Positions 12,826 through 21,213 of a stretch of 64,000 bases of DNA are shown here, one piece after another (within the stretch, counting starts at the first letter, position 1; every line of letters begins with the position of its first letter). Source of the stretch: Lentisphaeria bacterium (GTDB lineage: Bacteria; Verrucomicrobiota; Lentisphaeria; JABSQK01; JAWLHB01); assembly GCA_041690595.1 (NCBI GenBank), contig JAWLHB010000022.1, positions 1 through 64,000 on the forward strand, read 5' to 3'. Below the pieces are notes generated by a model that worked only from the letters and a program-made list of their open reading frames with translations, was not told the origin of the DNA and searched no databases. The translations under genes and the position numbers were made by a program.

Positions 12826-15800
12826 CTACTGCCCCGCGAAGTCGTAGAGGGCGGCGCGGGCCTCGGCCCAGGCGGCGCGATCGCGCGAGTAGGTGTACTT
12901 GCCGGGAACCAGCTTTTTTACCAAGTCGGCCGCTTCGTCGTCCACCAGGCGCAGCAATTCGGCATCGCGAATGGCTTCCGCTTCATATTCGCGGCGGGTG
13001 GAGTCGAGGAGCGTACCATCCGGCAGGAAGGCGATGCGCCAGCAGAGGCCGTGATCGTAGCGGAAGGGCAGATCCGTCGACTCTGGACCACTGGCCGGTG
13101 GGGAGAGGGCCGCGTAGCTGTGACCACCGTCGAGCTTCCAGGCCGCCGTCAGCCAGTAGAAGGGCAGGGTGTCGACCGGAAGTCCGGTAATCCGCGTGCT
13201 GGGCACGCCGCAGATGTACCACCAGAAGGGATCGCCCGCTGCCTGGCGCTCGTGCAGCAGTGGCGTCTCCAGGTCGTGCTCGTAGTTGGGACACCAGGCA
13301 TTCATCAGACCGACCACGGGAGAGAGGTCGTAGCGGGTACTGTGCGCGGTCGTCACCTGAAGACCCCCTTCGCTGTATGGCCGCGCCAGATTTCCCCAGG
13401 CCACGATGTCGCCCGGTTCATCCCCCGCCTTCAGGTAGAAACGGTCATGGCGGTCATTGGCGCGAAGCCGCTCCGCGAGAGCCGCCGCGAAGGCGCGCTC
13501 GTACTCCGCTGCCTCCGTCTTCGGCAGGAGGCGCGGCGCATACATGAGATACCGCGGCGGCGCGAGCCCGGCATCCCGATAGATGGCGTCCGCCGTGGCG
13601 AACATCCAGTCGACCAGCTCGAAGTTGAAACGCGGGGGCGTTCCCTGCCAGCTGATGGCGGGTTGAATCGAGACCATGGTCGCCCCATGCTCCGCTTCGT
13701 TGCGGATGAGTGCCTGGAAGGCCTCGCGCCAGGCATTGCTGCCGGCATGGTACCAGTAGGGCAGGCTCGCATAACTGTACCAGCAATACGGCGATGGCGG
13801 CAGCACCACGGGCCTCACCTCCACCGAGACCGGCAGGTCGATAGATTGGCCATTGGCGATGAGCGTCAAGGTGCCCGTGTAGGTTCCGGGAGCCGTGTCG
13901 GCCTGGGTGGCAACCGTCATCCAGAGCGCGGTGGCGGCGGGCGCCTCCAGCGGCAAGGGCGGCTCGTCCACCAGCAGATCCGGCAGGCGCAGGCTGCCGA
14001 AGAAGGGGATCCATTCGTAGCCGGCGACCATTCGCACCCGGGGCGCCGACAGGCTGGCGCCAGCTTCGTTTCGTAGCGGCGAACAGCTCGCCGACCAGCT
14101 CCGCAACGTCTGGTTGAAGCGCAGACCCACGGCGGCGGAGCGGCGGTCGTTGCGGCCCATCTCCACCCGAAGCTGCTCCGGCGCCGGCCGTACCACATTC
14201 AGTTGCCACGGATAGACCCGCTCCCAGATATCCGTCTCGAAGAGGCTGCACACATCCCCAGGTGCGTCGACCTTCGGCAGAGCCGCCAGCAGCCGTTCCG
14301 CCGCGGCAACCACGGCCTCGGGCCTCTCGCCGGTGACGTAGGCGAAGCCGTCGGTCCAGCCGATACGGCCCCGTGGATCGTTCAGGTAGTCCGCGTCCTG
14401 CCAGAGGGTGGTGCGCGCCGTGAGCTGGCGAGCGAGCCGGTGGGTGAGGGGCGTGCCGATCACCAGGTAAGGCCCTAGATAGTCGTTGAGCCCCACATCG
14501 TCCGAAACCAGGTAGACGTGGCACGCTTTCGCCAGGCGCTGGGCGATCTGGTGCTCCTCGGCGCTTCCATGCTTGGCATAGACCACCGTCAGTTCCCGTG
14601 CCGCCAGGGCAGCCGCCACCTCCGCCAACGGTTCACCGGCCTTTGGCGCGACATCAGGCGCCTGCGCGGGAGCTGAGGCGCTCGGCCCAGGCGTCAGCCG
14701 CAGCTCCGTCAAGGTGCCGGTCACCTCGGCCTGGACGTCGCGATTGTCGAAGCGGGCGCCAAGCTGGTAATGGGTGGCATTCTCCCAGGCCACCGGCGTA
14801 CCGGCGGCTTCGGTCAGTGGCAGGCGGGGGCCCCATGTTTCCCCATTGCCGAAGGCGATCCACGGCTCCACCACCGCCTGCGCCTCAACCTCGAGGGCCG
14901 CGAAGGCGAGACTGCCAACGTGCTCGTCCGTGATCAGGAAAAGCTGATGGGGGCCGATGCCGGGCTGGCGGGGCAGGGCGATCTCGGCGCCATCTCCCGC
15001 ATGCTCTCCCGACTCCGTCCCCAGCCGCCAGCGCACCTGGCCCGTGCCGGTGAGGTGCAGGGTTGCCTGCCGTCCATGGAAGGTGACGGCCAGATTCCCG
15101 CCGGTCTGCCGCAACGGCAGGGGACCGGATGCGTGCGGCCAGGGGCTGCGCCAGCGCATGAGCGGATAGGCCCGCGCGTTCTCACCCTCTGCCGTGATGC
15201 GCATGGTCCGCGTCGGCTCTTCCGCCTGCCAGCTCACGATTCCCGTACCCGATACCGATGGCAACGGCCGCGGCTCATCGACAGCTTCCGCCACGGCCTC
15301 GAACGGACTCGCTGTCGCGATCACTCGCGTTATGGCGGCTCTTGGCGCGGCTCGTTCCAGGAGATCGACCTTCACCCAGGCGACGCCGTCGACTGGCGGG
15401 AAGTCGAGCGTCAGTGGCGAGGCGGACCAGTAGATGTCGTCCGCATAGATATCCCAGAAGGGCCAGGCGCGTTCCGTCCGGTAGAGGAGGCGGCCATCGC
15501 CGGCCAGCAGGGAGAGGACGATCTGGATCCGGTCGCTGCTGTGCAGGGTCACCTGCCGCAGGGTCGAGATCCGAGGCAGGGGCAGCACAAGGGAGGCGGG
15601 CACCCGATCCGGTGTCCATGGCTCCGCCAGCAGCTCGAGTGGCGACTCAGGTTCAGTATCGCCGGCCTCCGTGAACGCCGTCGGCAAGGCAGGGGCCTCG
15701 GGAAAGGGGCGAAAGTTATTGTCGGGCCGTGGCTGCAGTCCCTGCACGATCTGCTGGCGCCCTTCGAGCGCTGCCAGCAGCCAGGCCGCCTTGGCCGCAT

Positions 15801-17109
15801 TCGGAGATCCGGGGCAGACCTCGCTGCATCGGCGCAGATCCGCCAGCGCCTGCTCCAGATCGATGTCCCAGGCCAGTTGTGCCCGCTGATAGAGATAATC
15901 CGCCTGCAGATCGGGCATCCCAGCCTGACCGGCAGCCTCCGCCGCCAGCGAGATCGCCGACAATTGCTCCGCCGGCTCCAACTCCCGCTGCGCCTGCCGC
16001 ACCCAGCGCTCCAGATAGAAGGTCAGCCGTCCCCGATCGTGCCGATAGAGCGGGAAATAGCGACCAGCCAGCGACTCCCCCGCTCGGTAGAGCCCATCCT
16101 TCACCAGGAAATTGCGCCCCACAACGAGCTTCAGCAGGTACTCCCCCGCCATGCCTGCACCCACCTGGTCATAGGCAATGTCGAGAACCGCCAGCAGTGC
16201 CTCATCGTCCAGCTCCTTGATATCGCCGGCCAGCTTCACCCAGCTCGCATCGATGAGCCATGCCGGCTTGCCGTCCCAGCTCCTCAGCACCGTCAGCGCG
16301 GCCGCCAGGTCGCCATCCTTCAGCGCCTGCTGCACCCGCGCATAATCCCCCTGGATCGCGGCGAGATCTCCCTTCTCCCGCTCGCGAAGCTCCCTCGCGG
16401 CGCCCGCATCCTCTTGCTGCAGCAGCCAGGCGGCCACCTGCCGGCAGGCCGCGTCCTCCGTGGGCCAGAGGGTGAGGAATGCCTCCGCCTCGGCCGTCGC
16501 TTGGTCGCCGGTCATCTCCGGCAGGGCCGCCAACAGAAAGGGAGCCAGAAAACGCCCCGCGCCCGGCGAATCGCCATAGATCTCCACCGCCCGACGCGCC
16601 AGCAGGTACCGCTCGCTGGCGAGCAGAGGCAGCTTCTGGATCCACCGGCGCGTCCCCTCCAGAATCTGCAGCTGCCCGCGCAGGTTGGGCAGCACGATCG
16701 CGAAAGCCGCTGCCTGCAGCGACGGATCGACCGTATCGTTCCAGGTGAGCCGGTTGAGGTTGTAGAGGATCGGGCGGTGCAGGCTCATGTAGCCGGGATA
16801 GCGCTGGAAAAAGCCCGCCGCTTCCAACACGTATCGCTGCCAGGCCTCCTCACGGCCGAGGATGCCCAGAATCTCGCTCTCGGCACGCGCCGCCCACCAC
16901 GAGCCCGGCGCCATCCGGATTACATCCCGAAAGCGCGTCGTCGCCTGCTCCGCGCTCAGCCGCTTCAGGTAGTACTGCTCGCGCGACCGGTTGAAGCGCC
17001 CTTCAGCCGGCGTCATCGCCGCCAGCTTCGCTTCGTGATCGACGACCGGGGCCGCCGGCGAAACACCCAGGAGCCCAATCAGCATGGCGGCTGCCAGGAA
17101 GAGCTTCAT
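12826..17109 (-). CDS. large secreted multidomain protein (helical/TPR-like N-terminus, C-terminal GH123/DUF4091-like region)
   Basis: 1427 aa, signal peptide; ALWMTV..PGTYTG, GDEP, WCP, WWYIC, STRREYEAEAIRDAE resemble the DUF4091-type tail. Confidence 0.6.
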   Translation of the reverse strand: MKLFLAAAMLIGLLGVSPAAPVVDHEAKLAAMTPAEGRFNRSREQYYLKRLSAEQATTRFRDVIRMAPGSWWAARAESEILGILGREEAWQRYVLEAAGFFQRYPGYMSLHRPILYNLNRLTWNDTVDPSLQAAAFAIVLPNLRGQLQILEGTRRWIQKLPLLASERYLLARRAVEIYGDSPGAGRFLAPFLLAALPEMTGDQATAEAEAFLTLWPTEDAACRQVAAWLLQQEDAGAARELREREKGDLAAIQGDYARVQQALKDGDLAAALTVLRSWDGKPAWLIDASWVKLAGDIKELDDEALLAVLDIAYDQVGAGMAGEYLLKLVVGRNFLVKDGLYRAGESLAGRYFPLYRHDRGRLTFYLERWVRQAQRELEPAEQLSAISLAAEAAGQAGMPDLQADYLYQRAQLAWDIDLEQALADLRRCSEVCPGSPNAAKAAWLLAALEGRQQIVQGLQPRPDNNFRPFPEAPALPTAFTEAGDTEPESPLELLAEPWTPDRVPASLVLPLPRISTLRQVTLHSSDRIQIVLSLLAGDGRLLYRTERAWPFWDIYADDIYWSASPLTLDFPPVDGVAWVKVDLLERAAPRAAITRVIATASPFEAVAEAVDEPRPLPSVSGTGIVSWQAEEPTRTMRITAEGENARAYPLMRWRSPWPHASGPLPLRQTGGNLAVTFHGRQATLHLTGTGQVRWRLGTESGEHAGDGAEIALPRQPGIGPHQLFLITDEHVGSLAFAALEVEAQAVVEPWIAFGNGETWGPRLPLTEAAGTPVAWENATHYQLGARFDNRDVQAEVTGTLTELRLTPGPSASAPAQAPDVAPKAGEPLAEVAAALAARELTVVYAKHGSAEEHQIAQRLAKACHVYLVSDDVGLNDYLGPYLVIGTPLTHRLARQLTARTTLWQDADYLNDPRGRIGWTDGFAYVTGERPEAVVAAAERLLAALPKVDAPGDVCSLFETDIWERVYPWQLNVVRPAPEQLRVEMGRNDRRSAAVGLRFNQTLRSWSASCSPLRNEAGASLSAPRVRMVAGYEWIPFFGSLRLPDLLVDEPPLPLEAPAATALWMTVATQADTAPGTYTGTLTLIANGQSIDLPVSVEVRPVVLPPSPYCWYSYASLPYWYHAGSNAWREAFQALIRNEAEHGATMVSIQPAISWQGTPPRFNFELVDWMFATADAIYRDAGLAPPRYLMYAPRLLPKTEAAEYERAFAAALAERLRANDRHDRFYLKAGDEPGDIVAWGNLARPYSEGGLQVTTAHSTRYDLSPVVGLMNAWCPNYEHDLETPLLHERQAAGDPFWWYICGVPSTRITGLPVDTLPFYWLTAAWKLDGGHSYAALSPPASGPESTDLPFRYDHGLCWRIAFLPDGTLLDSTRREYEAEAIRDAELLRLVDDEAADLVKKLVPGKYTYSRDRAAWAEARAALYDFAGQ

Positions 17110-17112
17110 CGC

Positions 17113-17826
17113 TTAGTGCCGAACCAGAATGCCGTATTGATTGACATAGTTCCAGCCCCAGTTCGCACGGCGAGACAACCATGTCTGGCTGCTTTCCATC
17201 CCCCAGGTGCCGCGGAAGACCTGCCGCTCCGGCACCCCCGATACGTGGCCGTCGCCAAAAGCAATGTTCGCGCGGCCGAAGTGCCTCGCGTGCACCAGCC
17301 GCGCCGCCGCCGCCGTGGAGTCCCGGTGAAGATAGTACGACTGCGTATTCACCATCCCGCCGGACAACCCGACGCTGTCCGCAAACCACAGCCCGTTCTC
17401 CGAACGGTCGCAGCGATCGATCTTCAGCTCCTGCTGGTCCCACATCCCATACGTGTCCCCAGTGGCCGCATACACGCCCGGCTTGAAGCTCGGACAGACG
17501 ATGATGACCGGCTTGTCCTTCGACTTGTTGAAATCCGCTGGAATCCCCAGGTAGCCCATCATCCGCAGTCGCGCCGACCAGTGCACATTGGCATACTGCG
17601 CATACGGTGCATACGCCATGCTCCACCAGCCATCCTGATCGTCCACGTAAAGCTGGGCCGCCTGCGTCGTCTGCTTCAGGTTGTTGATGCACGTTGTAGC
17701 ACGGGCGCGGTCCCGGGCCCGCGACAACGCCGGCAACAGCATCGAGGCCAGAACCGAGATGATCGCCACCACGACCAACAGCTCGATCAACGTGAATGAA
17801 GCGGATTTGCGTCTATCGTTACGCAT
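17113..17826 (-). CDS. prepilin-type N-terminal cleavage/methylation protein (DUF1559/H-X9-DG type)
   Basis: [36 protein letters not shown]-terminal HFGRANIAFGDGH. Confidence 0.92.
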   Translation of the reverse strand: MRNDRRKSASFTLIELLVVVAIISVLASMLLPALSRARDRARATTCINNLKQTTQAAQLYVDDQDGWWSMAYAPYAQYANVHWSARLRMMGYLGIPADFNKSKDKPVIIVCPSFKPGVYAATGDTYGMWDQQELKIDRCDRSENGLWFADSVGLSGGMVNTQSYYLHRDSTAAAARLVHARHFGRANIAFGDGHVSGVPERQVFRGTWGMESSQTWLSRRANWGWNYVNQYGILVRH

Positions 17827-17934
17827 CGGTACTGACCTCCGTGATTGTGAAAGCTTCCCATAGTATACAAAAGCGGGCAGTCTCTTTCAATACGAGCTTT
17901 TGAAAATAGAAGTTAAAAAGATATATTTGACCCC

Positions 17935-19518
17935 ATGAACCGCACCCTCCATCTCGACCTCCGCCTCGGTTGCTACCGCCCCGACTACCTGGCCGCCCTC
18001 TGGCCTCGCCTCGCGGCCGCCGGCTACACCGCTATTCTGGTCGAACTCGCCGACAGTCTCCGACTCGATACCTTCGGCGACGCGGCGGCGCCCGAAGCAT
18101 ACACAAAAGACACCTTTGCCGAGCTCCTGCAAGGCGCCCGTTCCGCGGGGCTGACCCCGATCCCCCTCGTGCAGAGCCTCGGCCATTCCGAGCACCTGCT
18201 CACCCATCCGGCCTTTCACCACCTCCGCGAAGCCGCTCCCATTGCCAGCACCATGTGCCCCACCAACCCCGAGACGCACGCCTTCCTCGACCGCCTCATC
18301 GATGAGGTCGCCGAACTCTTCGCCCAGCCGCCATACTTCCATCTCGGTGCCGACGAAGTCTGGCTCCTCGGCGCCTGTCCCCGCTGTCGCCAGCATCTCG
18401 GCGACGCGCCGAAGTGGACCCTCTTCGCCGAGCACCTCGATCGTCTTTCCCGTCGCGTCGCCGCCCGCGGCATCCGCCCCATTGCCTGGGCCGACATCGC
18501 CCTCGGCCATCCCGACCTGATCGACCGCTTCGATCGCCGCCTTGTCTGGATGGATTGGGACTACTGGACCGGTCAACCCCAACCGCCCACCTTCCGCGAC
18601 TGGGGCAGGGGACGCATGACCAGCGTCGCCGACCTGCTCCCCGAAAGCCGCCGGCGCTTCGGCGACTGGATCCTCGCCGGCGACGACCGCTTCCGCGCCT
18701 GGGGCTACGCCGATTACCTCATGGCACAGGGCTTCGACGTCATGCTCGCCCCCGCCATGCGCAGCAGTGGCGATCACGCCTTCGCCCCCGCGCCCTCCCA
18801 TCTCGACAACGTCCTTACCGCCGCCAACCGCATGCACCGCGGCCCCGCCCCTCTCGGCATGACCGTTACCAGTTGGTCCTGCCGCGTGAACCCCATCGAA
18901 ACCCAATGGCCGGGCATCCTCCTCCCCGCGGCAGCCGACACCCGCCCCGCCGACGCCCCCGCCGAGCTGCTCGACCGCGTCATCCGCGAAACCTTCGGTC
19001 AGCCCTGGCCCCAGTTCCTCGACATCTGGACCGACATCGCCGCCCCATGCCCCTATGCCGACAGTTTGCTCGCCATCTCCGATGACGCCGCCGAAACCTT
19101 CCTGCCCCGCCGTTCCCTGCGCGAGGCCCTGCGCCTCAAGCCCCCCGACCTTCCCACCGAGCTGCCGCGCATTGAGGCCCTCGCCGAGCGCTACCGCGAC
19201 GCCCACCGCCGCCTGCTCGCCACCGCTCCCGCCATCCCCGCCGATAATCTCCCCTTCGCCTGCTGGGAATTCGCCGGCCGCGCCATCGCCGCCAAAGCCC
19301 ACGAGTATCGCCTCTCCCTCCTCGCCCTCGACGCGCGTCCCGATACCGATGCCGCCGCCGATCTCCTCCTCGAGACCGAAGCCCTGCGCGACGACTATCG
19401 TCGCCTCCTCGCCCGCATCTATCTCCCCGAAGCCGTCACCCGTCACGTCAACATGATGTACGCCGCTACACTTCCCCATCTCTACCACCTCGCTTGGAAT
19501 CGCATTCTTCCCGACTGA
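17935..19518 (+). CDS. GH20 hexosaminidase-like protein
   Basis: LHLDL, IPLVQSLGH, FHLGADEV catalytic motif, WAD, WDY. Confidence 0.8.
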   Translation: MNRTLHLDLRLGCYRPDYLAALWPRLAAAGYTAILVELADSLRLDTFGDAAAPEAYTKDTFAELLQGARSAGLTPIPLVQSLGHSEHLLTHPAFHHLREAAPIASTMCPTNPETHAFLDRLIDEVAELFAQPPYFHLGADEVWLLGACPRCRQHLGDAPKWTLFAEHLDRLSRRVAARGIRPIAWADIALGHPDLIDRFDRRLVWMDWDYWTGQPQPPTFRDWGRGRMTSVADLLPESRRRFGDWILAGDDRFRAWGYADYLMAQGFDVMLAPAMRSSGDHAFAPAPSHLDNVLTAANRMHRGPAPLGMTVTSWSCRVNPIETQWPGILLPAAADTRPADAPAELLDRVIRETFGQPWPQFLDIWTDIAAPCPYADSLLAISDDAAETFLPRRSLREALRLKPPDLPTELPRIEALAERYRDAHRRLLATAPAIPADNLPFACWEFAGRAIAAKAHEYRLSLLALDARPDTDAAADLLLETEALRDDYRRLLARIYLPEAVTRHVNMMYAATLPHLYHLAWNRILPD

Positions 19519-21138
19519 ACCTTGCAGCCCCCAACGTGGGAGGCGGCCTCCGGACGGCGATCTCCTGGGCACGCCACTCGCCTGAGTGGCACCGGCGTTG
19601 GACGTTGCCACTCCCCAAAACATCGGTCCATTCCTCGGTCCAAACCAACCACCACCACACTCTCCTTCTTTGCGCTCTCTGCGCTCTTTGTGGTAGATCC
19701 CCAAAACATCGGTCCATTCCTCGGTCCTGCCTTCCGGCAATGTGGGAGGCGGCCTCCGGACGGCGATCTCCTGGGCACGCCACTCGCCTGAGTGGCACCG
19801 GCAATGTGGGAGGCGGCCTCCGGACGGCGATCTCCTGGGCACGCCACTCTCCCGAGTGGCCCCGGCAATGTGGGAGGCGGCCTCCGGACGGCGATTGCAG
19901 CCTTGCAGCTCCAACGTGGGAGGCGGCCTCCGGACGGCGATCTCCTGGGCACGCCACTCGCCTGAGTGGCACCGGCGTTGGACGTTGCTTCTCCCCAAAA
20001 CCTCGGTCCATTCCTCGGTCCTGCCTTCCGGCAATGTGGGAGGCGGCCTCCGGACGGCGATTGCAGCCTTGCAGCCCCCAATGTGGGAGGGGCTCTCCGA
20101 GCCGCGATTGGGCTGTTGCCCCCAACAGCCCTGCATTTGCCGCTCCCCAAAACCTCGGTCAAATCCTCGGTCCAAACCAACCACCATTTTCCTTCTTTGC
20201 GCTCTCTGCGTTCTTTGTGGTAGATCCCGAAAACCTCGGTCGAATCCTCGGTCCTGCCTTCCTCCAACGTGGGAGGCGGCCTCCGGACGGCGATCTCCTG
20301 GGCACGCCACTCGCCTGAGTGGCACCGGCGTTGGACGTTGCCCACTCCCCAAAAACATCGGTCGAAACCTCGGTCCTGCCTTCCGGCAATGTGGGAGGCG
20401 GCCTCCGGACGGCGATTGCAGCCTTGCAGCCCCCAACAGCCCTGCATATGCCCACTGCCCAAAACCTCGGTCCATTCCTCGGTCCGAAACCCATAACCAA
20501 CCACCACTCTCCTTCTCTGCGCTCTCTGCGTTCTTTGTGGTAGATTCCTTGTCCCCGCTTCCACTCCCCAAAAACCTCGGTCCAAACCTCGGTCCAAACC
20601 AACCACCTTTTCCTTCTTTGCGCTCTCTGCGTTCTTTGTGGTCAATTTCAGTCGCCCCCTCCCAAGATCCAAAACTATAAAATCAAAAAAAACATAGCAT
20701 GACTAACTCAAAAGTCAAGGCGGATCGAATAAGATATGAACATCCATCCCATCGGAAAGTAAGGCAGACATTCCTGTCTGCCCGTCAAGTCCTGCCAAGA
20801 CCTGCCTCCGGCGGCTGGGAAGATCGCATCTCCCCAAACCCCTGCTGGACTCTCAACAAGGATTGCCCTCCGCCAACACCTCCTGTCCCCGGTTCAGTTC
20901 AGGCCGTAGCCCCTTACGGCCTGCTTCCGACATCGCCCCTCCTCCTTTCTGCGCTCTCTGCGCTCTTTGTGGTTAAAGCTGCCCCATCCTGGGCACGCCA
21001 CTCTCCTGAGTGGCACCGGCGTTACCCCCTGCAGCCTCAATGTGGCAGCCGGCCTCCGGACGGCGATTGTCCTCAGCTTGCCAAGCCCTGCCTCCGGCGG
21101 CTGGGGAGATCGCATCTCCCCAGACCCCTGCTGGAGTA
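19519..21138. repeat. mosaic of REP-like hairpin modules (left cluster)
   Basis: Repeated modules in one orientation: A CAA(C/T)GTGGGAGGCGGCCTCCGGACGGCGAT (about 10 copies), B CTGGGCACGCCACTCGCCTGAGTGGCAC, C TTCTTTGCGCTCTCTGCGTTCTTTGTGGT, D CCTCGGTCCATTCCTCGGTCC, E TGCAGCCTTGCAGC; also GGCAGACATTCCTGTCTGCC and CTGGGGAGATCGCATCTCCCCAG hairpins. Confidence 0.9.
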
Positions 21139-21144
21139 TCTCAA

Positions 21145-21180
21145 TGGCAGGTTGAATGACTGGGGCCAGCCCACCTGCCA
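21145..21180 (-). terminator. hairpin at the trailer end of the CRISPR array (terminator or degenerate terminal repeat)
   Basis: TGGCAGGT...ACCTGCCA stem, one spacer length beyond the last full repeat; on the minus strand the stem end runs into ATTGAGAT. Confidence 0.45.
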
Positions 21181-21213
21181 AGAACGGTGCCAAAATGATT
21201 GCCGCCAATAGGA

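Noticed and set aside
14770..17799. 1009-aa + strand ORF, and similar long antisense ORFs such as 46468-50334, 51386-54046 and 55056-57242
   Set aside because: Shadow ORFs opposite well-supported genes in high-GC DNA
19519..21138. Repeat mosaic as a second CRISPR array or an IS element
   Set aside because: No unique constant-length spacers, no terminal inverted repeats and no transposase
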